Below, in pieces: positions 12,790-25,696 of a DNA stretch of 64,000 nt. The translations under genes and the position numbers were made by a program. Position 1 is the first letter of the stretch. Each line of letters begins with the position of its first letter. Location of the stretch: NCBI RefSeq assembly GCF_001194135.2, contig NC_068986.1:111122761-111186760 (forward strand), in the 5' to 3' direction. Source of the stretch: Octopus bimaculoides. Its lineage: Eukaryota. The notes beneath the pieces were generated by a model. It did no database searches. It saw only the letters and a list, made by a program, of their open reading frames with translations, and was not told the origin of the DNA.

Positions 12790-13519
12790 TACGAGTATCG
12801 GCTGGAAAATTCATAGGCTAATCATGATATTCTCATATTATGTGACGAAATCGGATTTCTTTTTCAACATAGATCCCCTTGCTTTCGATAAACTTCTTCC
12901 ATCGGTTTTTCATTCCTTAAAGAAGCTTTCATCCTGTTTGTCAAAAATATCTTCAACCGCACGTATGACGCCATAATCACTGTGATTCTAGTCCTCAGGC
13001 AATACTTGTCCATATTGGTCAACGGACGACAGATGCATACAAGTGAAGGGAGTAGGAGGGTGATCAATCAGTTAAATGCCAAGTCACGCACAGGAGCCAC
13101 TGCAACCAAGGACTTGTTACTGGAGCATTTTTCGGACCAAAAATGTCCATTTTCAACAGTTTTCCCGAGTTTTTGGACTTGATAGTTTTTCGTAACTAAC
13201 TCAGCATGTTAGCAAAATAATCTCTCAATCATGGTGTAGCCTTTTTGGAAAGTGTCATGAAATACAATGCCATTTGCATTCCAAAATAATGTGGCCATCA
13301 CATTCCCTACAGATGGAACGACCTTGACCTTCTTTGGAGCAGGTGAGGACTTGTTCCACTACAAGGATTGCATTTTTGTCTCTGACTGAAAATGATGAAC
13401 CCTACACTCTTTTTGATAAAGAAACATTCAAGCAAACCAGTTTGATCTGCTTAAAACATGTCAGAATTTTCCTTGACGTGATTATTCTAGTACGCTCCTG
13501 ATCAGGTATCAGAAGACCA

Positions 13520-13522
<3 letters not shown>
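12790..13522 (-). mobile_element. Mariner transposase pseudogene (catalytic-domain region plus terminal TIR), 5' part lost at a (TA)n/gap
   Basis: Minus strand, across frameshifts: LLIPDQERTRIITSR...VHHFQSETKMQSL*W..SSPAPKKVKVVPSVGNVMATLFWNANGIVFHD..QKG...IDHPP...AVEDIFDKQDESFF...RWKKFIESKGIYVEK. TIR-like TACGAG..GGCTGGAAAATTCATAGGCT at 12790. Confidence 0.9.
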
Positions 13523-13555
<33 letters not shown>

Positions 13556-13633
13556 NNNNNNNNNNNNNNNNTATATATACACATGTATATATAGATATAT
13601 ACATACATGTATATATAGATATATGCACACACA

Positions 13634-13687
<54 letters not shown>

Positions 13688-13886
13688 AGCTATTTATACA
13701 CTTCACTAAAGTGACAGGGACTACATAGTGGTAAGGGCATTGCCAGAAATGAGAGTCAAAACACTACATTTGCCACATATGCACTATCATTAAGATAGTG
13801 ACGTCTATAAATTTGCCTTTTGGTTCTTAAATTGCTAGTAAGCCACGCATATCGTATATGTAATTATATATATGTGTCTGTGTGTA

Positions 13887-13921
<35 letters not shown>

Positions 13922-15870
13922 AAGAGTGTGTGTGTGTGTGTGTTTGTGTGTGTAGAAGTGTATGTATAAATATACACGTACTTGTATACATATCTACTCT
14001 ATTGTAATTCGCGAACATAATAGTGATTACGTAGCATCTCTGAGTCATACGTAGGACGTTGAAAATAATTTCTTCTCCCTTTCCCTCTTGATCCCCTTCT
14101 CCCTCCCTCACATACAAACACACATACACAGACATACATTCTGAACCGCACCAATATATTTATGCAAATTGTCTTCATACAATTTTGAGTTCAAATCGCA
14201 CCGAAATTGAAACTAACTTTCATAATTGTTTGATCTTTAAAATAATAATAAATAAAAAGCCCTTCCTTACAATTGATGTTGGCTTCTCTTTTATGTCCGA
14301 CTTTCAAATCTGATAGAAATGAATTGTGCGTCATAGTGAATACATGCACTCCATCACTGCTCGGTCGGCTTATCTATACTTAATTTTTTTTTTTGATCTA
14401 TTGTATTATTATAACTTCATTATCGAATGTGTTTTCCTAATATTAAGTATGTAAAGCAGTTGAGAGACAACGGTCCGTTATACTCTGCAATCATTACTCA
14501 CCGAAAATGAAAGCTTCACTGTCTTCACGCGAACTTCGACAAATAACAACGAAATCACCATCTTATCACACACTACTTCCTTACAAAGAGAAAAAAAAAG
14601 GCATGAGATAATATATTCCTTGCTCTGTTACTAGGAAAATATGCCTTGGCCACAGCAGGCATGTACGTGACTAAAGGTTTGCGACATTCAGAATAATTAC
14701 GTTCACGAAAGCAACAAAAGCGTTAACAAAAACAGATGATGATGATGATGACAAAGACGACAACGATTATGATGATGATATACACCATCATCAACATCAT
14801 CATCTGGAACTATACAAGAACTACGTCATAATTATTCTCGTCGTTGTCGTCTGCCACGTCTTTGTCATCCTAATCATCATCTTCATCAACAACATCAACA
14901 ACAACAATAACAGCAACATGCATCAACAGACTAATAGATTTAATTACTGTTTCGTTAACAACATACAAATTTGAGTTCAATATGTCACCGACCGAAGTTG
15001 TGCAAATTGATGTCTGCCTTCTACTTACCTCCCTTGACAAAGATACAAAACTGATGGATTCACAAACTTCTGTAACCACACATCAATTTATAATATTCAC
15101 TCACATGGTACACAAAATTGGTTGGTTAACAATGCAGTCAATTGTATTTAATAGGACATTAGCATTATAACAATGCTCTTCTTTTGCTAATTTTAAGGCA
15201 CAAACCTTCTATTACTGATGAGATTTTCATAAACGTCATTTTTCAATCAGTGAAATTGAATATGTCATGTGGGAGATGATGGTGGAGAATGCTGAGCGAA
15301 ACTTCTGAGAGTTATTACAAGGCTTTGGAACATCTTAGCACATCCGTTTTGTCAACGCGTATTTGGTGTCACTGATTCAACACCGACTTATTTGACACCG
15401 GGCATTTTAACGCTTCTTTCGTTTTCCGCCCTCCCCCCTCTCTCTCTCTCTCTCTTTCGCTGTATCTCCGTTTACTTCGCTCTTTGTTTCTTTCTTTCAT
15501 TCATTCGTTCATTCTTTCTTTCGTTCTTCTTTCTTTCTTCCCTTTCCCCTCTCTCTGCTTAACTGAGCGACCATCTAGTTATGTTTCCATGTATATGTAA
15601 TGCACCCCCTCAACCCCTCTACCCCTCTATTTGTCCCCACCCCTCTGAATGTATATATTTCAGTGCGCGCACGGGTGTTTACATCGGTCGCCGAAAAGTA
15701 CTGATGTCCAAAGAAGTTGAATGTCTGTCAATGGAGCCAAGACGCCAGTGTCCCAACACCGAGCCCAGTCACCTTATTCCGAAAATGCAAGGATCCTATT
15801 AATCCACCGAAGAACAGTGATCGCAAATAACCTTGAAAGACATAATGACATAACATCACCACATAAAACG

Positions 15871-15878
15871 TGACGTCA
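15871..15878. promoter_or_regulatory. Perfect CRE palindrome TGACGTCA
   Basis: Exact motif in a CpG-enriched unique segment; a motif match only. Confidence 0.25.
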
Positions 15879-18869
15879 TATGCGAGATGTCCTCATTGTG
15901 TCTTATACAATCAGTTAGAAAAAAAAAAACAAGCTACAAGACATTTCATTAAATATGTAACGTGTTATATCTGTTAACTCAAGCGATTACATCTCTGTCG
16001 ATAATTTCGATAAGAAAGGTGCATTTAAAAATAGTTTTAGGGATAAAAAAATTAGTTTGGTATGTTACTGGTTCACATACATAATATATAAAATAAATTT
16101 AGATCATATGAAATTACATTCTTATGGAAAAATAAAAAAATCTCTGACATTAATTAATAGAAGTAAGACTAACCAGCGTTGAATGAAATAGCGTTGTGTA
16201 CTATCATATTTAACATGGTCGTGTACACATGGAAATGGAAAGTCAATACGCTGGGGATGTTGTATTGAAAGAAGAGATCTCCCATTAATTAATGTTCTTG
16301 AAAAAGGCGTCATTGGGCTGTGAACGGCGTCATTGGACCGTAGGACGCTTTCTCTTCTGCGTCGTCATGCTTCATCATGACAGACACCGAGCCATCGTCT
16401 ATGACCAACAAAAACTCATTGTTCTTACATTAGAACAGCAAATGGTGCATTTGCTGATGCGCTCAAAGCTTTGTTAAACAAGCGAAGGGAGATAAATTTA
16501 ACGTAGTAATTACCCATGAGCATGGCTAGGATAATTAATGCTGCCACCTTTTTCAGATTGTTGGATGTCCCCAAGCTAGCTTTTTCAGATTAAACTCTGA
16601 TGCTGTTACATCGACAGCATATCTATACATGACTAGCATATCTCTTTCTCCAGCTCTTATTGTAGATACATGTAGCACGCTTTAATATATATACGTAGTA
16701 AATCATTTTGAGAATTTGACTGGTATTTTATCGATTTCAGAAGCTTCAAATGTAAAGTTGGCCTCGGCGGGATTTAACCTTCAAGTAATTTTCTTTAATT
16801 ATATACTGCAGGGAAGTTACATGATGCTCCATCGATTTTCTCGACAAGCCACACGAGTATATCTATGTATAATATCGCCAGTGGACACTATTTGCTAACA
16901 TAAAACAACAGCAAGGAATATATATCAAATAGATTTATACATATTCCCTGATAAATTATGCATGCTAGGAAATCGGCTTCCATGGATGGCAAAGAAGAAT
17001 TACTAAGAAAATTATGATGAGATGTTGGCGGCAAATTTTCGTAGAAAGAATAAATAGAATTCGGCGATAATTAATAGATATCTTTTCTCGTTTGTCGCTG
17101 ATTTCTTCACCACTGATCTCGGATAACAGAGTGGGCTAACTGTAAAACGTTTTACATTTATGACGAATTGATCTGTGATAGCAAAATTTAGAGATCTGGT
17201 AACGATTCGCCCTGCTCTGCAAAAGTGCTTTCCAGCAAGAATGTACAATGCTCAGAACACTTCTTTGGTTCACGGAATGATATCCAATTCTCCCATATGT
17301 TTTATTATTCATGTATCACTAATTCACTTATACAATGTTTTTAAACCTAAAAGCCTGATAAACGAGGATAGATATACTATGAGGGTTTGATATTAAACCG
17401 TGTACTAAATTTTAACTTGTACAAAGATGACTTATCAGCTACGGAAGAAACGAACTCTAGATTTTGAAGTTAAGAAATATATATTTCCAAAGGATTATGC
17501 ATCAGAATATATCTTTGTGTATAAAACATACATGTATAAATATAATAACTGTATGTGGCAGAGCTGAAAGAAAATATATGTCTTTCGTTTCTGTAACATT
17601 CTGTATATGATATATGGTGATAGGTCGCATTGCTTCACAAGCTTTAGTCGCAATAATATCTCCATATTCCGATACCGGCAGAAAAATATACAAAAATGTT
17701 TTCTGCGTTACGAAGCATAAATGTTGTTTAAAGAAAGCCCGGCAAGTTATTTGCCGTTGTTCATACAATGAATGACAGAAGTCAGTCCAACATGATACGG
17801 ATAATTCAGGTAAATCGACAAATATCTTGTGTCTTTGGTTATTCTTCATTTATATTAAATATTAGCTAACGTCAATTAATTTTCAATAAAATGCATCCTC
17901 AATATGAGTTGTAACATAACTCGAATTCTCTTTGTTTTCTCGTCATTACTTTATTGTTTATAGAAAGTAATTCACAACAAGAAATGCACAGAGAGACGTT
18001 TGTGTTATTACTATCATCAATAAGACAATGCTGACAATCATATTGCACTCTCATAGAACAACGGGAAAAGTATGGACTTCCGGCTAATGTGATGTGTATT
18101 CACCAATGATGATGGTGATCATAATAATAATAATAATAATAATGATGATGATGATGATGATGATAATAATAATACTTGCAATAAGAATGTTGCATGTCTG
18201 TTCACGAGCATTGTAGTTGAAACTTTCGTAACAACAGCTATCGAACGTATTAAAAACAAAAATAAAACATCACTCATTTATTGCTGGTTTGATAAAGAGT
18301 TCCTTTCGTGCAAATCAAATTAGTAGTCGTAGTTTGCTGGCCATATTCAGGACAATAGCTAACGTGTGTCTGTTTGACATTCTTATTGGTAATTAATAAC
18401 AAATTGGCATTCGATTGTTGATGCTTTGGCAGATAATGAATAAATTAGCACGTTAACTTCCTAGAAAGGGCAGTGTGTCCTTTCAGATATCAAGGGTTAA
18501 TCTGTATGACTATCAATCTCTATGAGTTAAATGGAAAGCCTCCATTGTAAATATATAATACAGCACGTTGATAACAACAGCAATGACAGATATATCTGCG
18601 AGTGGATATGCAGGTCGAGCGATACATGTCAATTGTATACTGCTCTGTTTCTTATCTCGTCACAACGTTTTCGACAGGTTCATGAAGGTGTCGTAAGTCA
18701 CGTAGATTTCTTCCCCAACATATAAGAATTATAACAGACACCTGCCCTACATTGACAGAATGCTATAAACAGTCACAGGTGAGTGATGCTAGTGAAGAAA
18801 ATAAATACATGGTATTACGTTTCAAGCGTATATGCATATATTTAATTACATGTATATGTACAGATGTAC

Positions 18870-18905
<36 letters not shown>

Positions 18906-18958
18906 CTTTTTATATATATATATGAGTGTGTGTATGTATATATATATACATACATATA

Positions 18959-18991
<33 letters not shown>

Positions 18992-19837
18992 NNNNNNNNN
19001 NNNNNNNNNNNNNNNNNNNNNNNNNNNNNNNNNNNNNNNNNNNNNNNNNNNNNNNNNNNNNNNNNNNNNNNNNNNNNNNNNNNNNNNNNNNNNNNNNNNN
19101 NNNNNNNNNNNNNNNNNNNNNNNNNNNNNNNNNNNNNNNNNNNNNNNNNNNNNNNNNNNNNNNNNNNNNNNNNNNNNNNNNNNNNNNNNNNNNNNNNNNN
19201 NNNNNNNNNNNNNNNNNNNNNNNNNNNNNNNNNNNNNNNNNNNNNNNNNNNNNNNNNNNNNNNNNNNNNNNNNNNNNNNNNNNNNNNNNNNNNNNNNNNN
19301 NNNNNNNNNNNNNNNNNNNNNNNNNNNNNNNNNNNNNNNNNNNNNNNNNNNNNNNNNNNNNNNNNNNNNNNNNNNNNNNNNNNNNTATATATACGTGCGT
19401 GTGTGTAACTGTGCGTTTGTGTAGAATGAGAGATTAAATTTCATGCTTATATTTACTCGTAGAACTTCAGTGAAAGCTATTGCATTTAAATGTTTAACTG
19501 TACAAATATTTATATAGCACTTGGGTGACACTATTGTTGCAAATTTCACCACTTTGCAACGAACTCAATCTTATGTATCGAAAACCTACAGTATAGTATA
19601 CATTACAAGATATAAATTGAATATTAAGTGAAATAGAATAGACATTTTGCAAAGTAGTTTACCGTAATGAAATTATAGACTTGATCAGCTCTTACACCAC
19701 GACAATTTGTAAGAACCAGTTTCAATCGTCGATTTGCGTTCAATTTGTTTCTAGGATGCAATGAGACTTCCTTTCATCTTTTTTAAAGGCATTTTCCTTA
19801 AGACTCACTGCAATAAATCTTTCATGTTGTTGGTTTT

Positions 19838-20040
19838 GTTTGAGTCATTAGACGGCGGCCATCCTGGGATACTACACTGAAGAATTGTACTAAAACGAAT
19901 CGACCACAGTAGTTCTTTTTAAAGCCTGCTACGTATTCTATTATTCTCTTTTGCCGGATCCCTAAGTTACAGGAACAGAAAAAAAAATATCAACAGCGGC
20001 TGTCAAGCTGTGGTTGGTAACAAACACAAGCGCAACGACA
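19838..20040 (-). mobile_element. Degenerate 3' half of SINE family A
   Basis: TTGTTTGAGTCATTAGACGGCGGCCATCCTGGG...CTCTTTTGCCGGATCCCTAAGTTAC...GGCTGTCAAGC aligns by eye to 35851-36030. Confidence 0.7.
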
Positions 20041-20050
20041 CCAGCACAAA

Positions 20051-20083
<33 letters not shown>

Positions 20084-20830
20084 GTGTATCTATTTATCTA
20101 TCTATCTATCACGTATAGCAAAGTAAAATTAGAAGGTACCACACGAATAAAAATATATAGGGAAGAGGATGTGAGATTGCAGAGGACTTTTAAAGATGTT
20201 TATTGAATTGACCGGTTTCACTTTCTATTTTAAATTTCAAAAGCAAAGTGCAAAGCTTTGTGTAGCTTTTGTGGTGTTAAAAATTAGTTAACATAGATGC
20301 ATTAAAGTACAGAGACGAGTCGTTGACAACGATAAGAAAATGTTAAGAAATAGAAACTATAGCTCTCTCACCTTGGTACTTCTGGTACATCACTACATAC
20401 ATACAGGCAATTGTATGTCGGTGTTTATCTGACTGTCTGTCTGTGTGCATGTGTGTGTTTGTGTGTATGTATGTATGAGTCTGTGAGGTTGTACGACTGT
20501 GGATAGATCGATAGAGGCTTTGTGTATAAACAGTTTACATAAAAGAGTTCAAAACAGGCAGTAAAACAAGTTCATAACTGTTTATATGTTCATCAGAAAA
20601 CATAATTGTTTCTAAGCATTTATACAGAAAGAATTCGTAGACAGTATTTGATAGGAGAAAGTGTGTATTGCTTAGTCAAAAGTTCATCAGATATTTTAAT
20701 AGTTTATAAGGATTTTACAGGAATGACCAATGACCGACTTGTTTACTTCATCTCCAGTCTTGTTTATGTGTTCTGCAAGGATTGTGTGCTATTTTTAGAA
20801 ATAGTGTGAGAGGTTGGTTTCGGAACAGTG

Positions 20831-21647
20831 ACAACAAAACATACAGATAGACGATACAAAGAAAACAAGGATGGGACATTCGGAGTTTTCTTTCCTCAAT
20901 CGAGTTCTAGATTATCTTTGCAATTTTGGTTGGTTTTACTCGAGATTGCGTCAAGCTGGACAGCCCCAACGAAAAACTAAGCTAAGAGGATTAGATTCCT
21001 TGGAAGAAAGCAGCGAATGTATACGAAAACAAGAACGAAAAAAAAAACGGTGAATGTTACACAAATACAAATAACATGACATAACAAAAGGTGTCTTTCG
21101 ATTAAGGACCAATTAAATTAAGCTGGCGTGTGTGGGAATAAAGTCTTACGGCAGGGATACAAGATTTCACAGGCACAAGGAGGAATATTGCACGGATGAC
21201 AGCCGAACCAAGAAAGAAAGGTCAGGCTTGGCTGAACACCGGTCACATGGGGAAAGAAGTGACAGATGTAGAGGCAGAGAGACAGAAGAATTAATGAGGC
21301 GCGAGAAAAAATGACAGGGATACAATGAAGTGAAAAGAGGAGGGAAAGTGAGCAACAGCAGAAGGCAGGAAAATGTGATAGAGAAGGAACGATAGAACGA
21401 AGAGTGGAATGAACGAGTGAAAGGGCTGATAGAAAGAAAGAATATATTCCAGAACGCAAAACATCCAGACAGTTAGGTGATACAAAAAAGGGACAACAAA
21501 ACATCCAGACAGACGATACAAAGAAAACAAGGACAGCTCAATCGGAGTTTTCTTTCCGGAGTCGAGTTCCAGATTATCTTTAAAATTTTGACTGGTTATC
21601 CTCGAGAATGCTCCAGTCTGGCCAGCTCCAAGCAAAAACTAAACTAG
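20831..21647. repeat. Interspersed repeat with about 155-bp diverged terminal direct repeats (20831-20985 and 21493-21647) around a purine-rich core
   Basis: ACAACAAAACAT.CAGA.AGACGATACAAAGAAAACAAGGA...CGGAGTTTTCTTTCC...TCGAGTTC.AGATTATCTTT is present twice, 662 bp apart. Confidence 0.8.
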
Positions 21648-21691
21648 CCACTACACATTCTTTATTTTCTCTCCTTGTTTCTTTGTGTGTT

Positions 21692-21729
21692 TCTTTCAGT
21701 GGAAGAGCGTAGGCTCGACACGTTAAAGA
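21692..21729 (+). ncRNA. Decayed minimal type-I hammerhead ribozyme relic, probably inactive
   Basis: Stem I TCTTT/AAAGA, core CAGTGGA (vs CTGANGA) plus A, stem II GAGC-gtag-GCTC, GACAC (vs GAAAC), GTT triplet. Geometry is intact but the core is mutated. Confidence 0.5.
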
Positions 21730-23379
21730 CTTTTTCACTTCCCGAGCCTTAAACTAATACATCTGGTTGTTGTCTACACCACCTGCCTTCGTCTTTAGTT
21801 TTTTTTATGTGAATTCTCCCTATAATATATATATATACATATGTATATATGTGTATATCGCTGTGAATGTAAACATTTATATGCATTCTTGCATGGGAAT
21901 ATATTTTATCATTTAAAGAAAATTAAATGTAAATAACGTTTTAAAATTCGTGTAACATTTTCTGCTTTCTATTTGAGATAATTTAATTTTTTTCTCCCAT
22001 TCAATTCCACAATTCCACAAAAAAGGCAATATTCTTCGATCTCACTTCAAACGAACTTGCCGATTCTGATAGAGCTGAAAAAAGTGCATTATTTTAGAAA
22101 GTTGTTTACTGGAAATCAAACATAATATTTGCTGCAGGTTTCAATTCTTATTTGGAATTACTGTTATTCAAAAATCAACACCGCTTCAGTATTGATCTGT
22201 TTTGTTTAAGAATGTGCATAGGAGAGTAACATGTTGTCCTGCTGTTACCGTGTTAGTATCTGAATCATTTAAGTGGACAAAGGTTGGTGGGGGGAGGAAT
22301 TGTAAACGAGAAATCCATTTTGATGTTCCTGGCTTATATGTGATCGTTTGAATGTAATCGTTCTCTACTGTCTTAAAAAGAAGACGCATTAACTAACGTC
22401 TTCCTGGGTAAATCTTGTCTAAATGACGAAACGAAATGATCACAGCTAGACTTTAACTGAATCAAGGTGCGTGTCTGGGCTGCTAAAGAGAATAATTAAA
22501 CCTTCTTCAAATGATATTGATCCTTCTTACAACATAGAAGTTTATTTTGCACTAATTAATCATTGATACACATCAATATTTAGTGGAAAAATTCTGTTTC
22601 GTTAGGCGTCTCGTAATTGTGAACATCAGAAACAGATTTGTTCCTTTATATCTTATAAACGAAGTAGTCACATTCCCCAACACAATGAGATAAATTCACG
22701 ATCAGAATTATTAATTTGACAGTCAGAGATGTGGAATGAGTTATGGTTTGATGTCTGAGACGTAGTCCTCTGTTGGAATAGGGTTTAAGATGGACGGGTA
22801 GAGAAGATCCTACATTTCAGATCTTAATACAGAGAAGATGGTATCATTCCATCATTAAACGTCTCTGCATTAAGATAAAAACAATGTACGATCTTCTCTA
22901 CGTTTATGACCGAGACTCGTTTTATCCTATGTTAACTGCATCCATACCACCGTATATTTTGATGAACAAAATCTACCAACACTATTATGGATCGCCGAGC
23001 CACCAGAGACAGTCTTTGAATTTATAACACCTTTCATTCACCCTTTTTAGTATCTTTTTTAAAGTTACAACTCTTAAAATACATATCTATATAAATTAAT
23101 TTAAAATTAATCTCATTTGAATGTCTCCACCATTTACTTTCGCTCGTTTTACATGTATACATGTATACATGTATACATATTTCTTTATTATATAATATAT
23201 GTAATATATCTCATCTGTTTAACCGCATAATTGCCTGTATACCCGCTCAACTTGATCCCACTTTCAGCCTGTATTTACCTTCTGGAATGGTGCCCTGTAA
23301 AGACATCGGAGTCTATGTTAGAATTTTTTGAGCGCTACTAAATGTATTCTTTACAGAGTCTCAGGATCTCATCTGTGAA

Positions 23380-23427
<48 letters not shown>

Positions 23428-25660
23428 ATACTAGCTGACGTACACGGTAATTCCCGGAAAAGCGAGGCTAATCCCTTTGTTCCGTTCTCAATTATTTATG
23501 TTGGCTAAAATGTCATGTAATTAGTTTCTTTCTACCTACGTAACAATACTGGGCTTAGTAAATTAAGCTGGTATCTAAAGGAACATAAACTATTTGGTTT
23601 GGAATGTAATATTCTATCTAAATCATTTCCACATGATGAAGGTAAATCTTTTTGCTCGCTCTGTAACTATTAACTTTACTTCATCCGGTTCTCAGAGAAT
23701 CCTCTTGTTAGCACGTTTAAAGAACGCGTTTATCTTTGCAGCCATTGGTAAAAAAAAAACATACCTTTAGTTCATATAAGTAATGTCTACCAGTCTGTAA
23801 ATTTCGACATTTAACTGTCGTCTTACATCTCACTCCCACTAAATATATCTATTTCCATGACATTAATCTCTATTCACCTATCGCACTATATTTCCCCACT
23901 TTTAATTTATTGAAAGCTAATTTCTTTCTTCCTCCTCTTTCTATAAATTGCCTTTGACGTTTTATATATATTAACGGTTTAAAAAAAGTAACGTACGAGA
24001 GTCCCTTTCATCATATATGCAGTAATCACATTCGGTAAAAATGTCTTATTGATGAGTTTTTTTTTTCTTTTTTTTTTCCTGATGAGAAGATTGCATTGTT
24101 TTTCATTATTTTATTCCTTTTGGAATATTACCAATGTTTTCTTCGAAACATATGTCGGAAGTATAAATATTTGAATAACACCTGCGTTCAACTGTATTCA
24201 TTTATTTATTTATTTATCTATGTTATAGAAAATCATTTCGCCAAAACTTAGAATTTCTATCTCTATAAGTAAGGCTGTTACACCCTTGGTACTCGTCGGA
24301 ATTTTTGCTACCCAGGTAACTACTTATTTATTTTTCTGTGCTATTTGTAAACATTGAAAACACCCCCACACACATTTATATCTATCTATCTNNNNNNNNN
24401 NNNNNNNNNNNNNNNNNNNNNNNNNNNNNNNNNNNNNNNNNNNNNNNNNNNNNNNNNNNNNNNNNNNNNNNNNNNNNNNNNNNNNNNNNNNNNNNNNNNN
24501 NNATATGTATATATATATATATATATATAAATAAATATCTTTAAAATAAGTGCATTTTCAAACCTTCTTTCATATATATATATATATATATATATATCAT
24601 TGTTTCTCTCGTCGTGAACGAAAATTAGGATTCAGTAAAACAAAGCAGTAATCGTGCACAATACCACAGTGACCGGCAAGGAATCCATTTAGAAGAGCAG
24701 CGTTTTGCCAGCATACCTGCATACTTGCAATATTAGGCCCCGATTTTGGTCGGGTTTTCGACTTTTCTCAAATCTTTGAACTGGGGAGAAGCAGCACTGG
24801 CCCCTATCAGAACACACCAAGGAAAAGGAAGTCATTCATTCCATCTCATGCTGCACTCAGTGACATCATTTATCATGCAATACACATGTTCCTTATAAAT
24901 AAAGGATTTAGGATATGCTTCCTCACGCGATCGATGTACAAAATGTTAATCATAACGTATTAATGAATCTGTAGTTAAAGTAGAAACATATATTAACGGG
25001 ATCAAAGGTGAAATAATTTGATTGAATACAAAGTCCATAAGTACAAAGCAGAGGGGAAAGACAGCTTGAAGGAGATTTTGGTGTGCGTGTGTGCGCGAGC
25101 ATCAATCTTTGTCCCACGAGCTGTTGTTACTAATTAGTCGAATGTATTTTCTTTTGAAGTAGATTTGGATGTCTATTTAAATAGCATTGGCACGTAAAAG
25201 ATATGGGAAGTCCTCACCAGAAATTTGTAGAGATAATTATTTAAAAAGTAATTAGGAATAACTATGTGGTGAGGAAAAATCAACATTTGTAAACCAATGA
25301 AAACATTTGCTTTGATTATTTCAGAAAACATGTGAGAAATCCAAGGACATGTTCTGATATTATTGCGTCTCTTCCATCAATCCATTCCTTCAATTTATTA
25401 GCTGAACTAGTGATGAAAACAATCATTATGCTCATTCTGTCTATAAATCCGAATATCAATAAAACAGATACACATTTACAAACATTATTGTAACTGTTTA
25501 ACTGTCCAATAATTCTCGGGTTCAAATAATATGCCGACTAAACTTGACTCTCATATCACGATACGGTATGTTGGTGTTCAAACAGAAACATAACCTTGTC
25601 GGTTTAATTAATCACTCTCTCTTTCCGTCATACGTGACTGCGGTCAAGTCAAAAGACGGT

Positions 25661-25696
25661 TATATAAACCACAAATCTGTTACCGGGTCGTCATTC
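25661..25696 (+). promoter_or_regulatory. Candidate Pol II core promoter: TATA box plus Initiator
   Basis: TATATAAA at 25661-25668 and Inr TCATTC at 25691-25696 (+1 A = 25693; TATAAA starts at -30). CGTCA and TTAATTAA motifs lie upstream. Confidence 0.4.

Noticed and set aside
14730-14925. GAT/CAT/CAA trinucleotide-rich tract as a poly-D/H/Q coding exon
   Set aside because: Interrupted by stops and lacks splice context; similar tracts occur at 18110-18175 and 63300-63335.
20860-20905. Minus-strand TTGAGGA..CGAATGTC as another hammerhead
   Set aside because: Core and GAAA both broken in both direct-repeat copies, with no stem I pairing.
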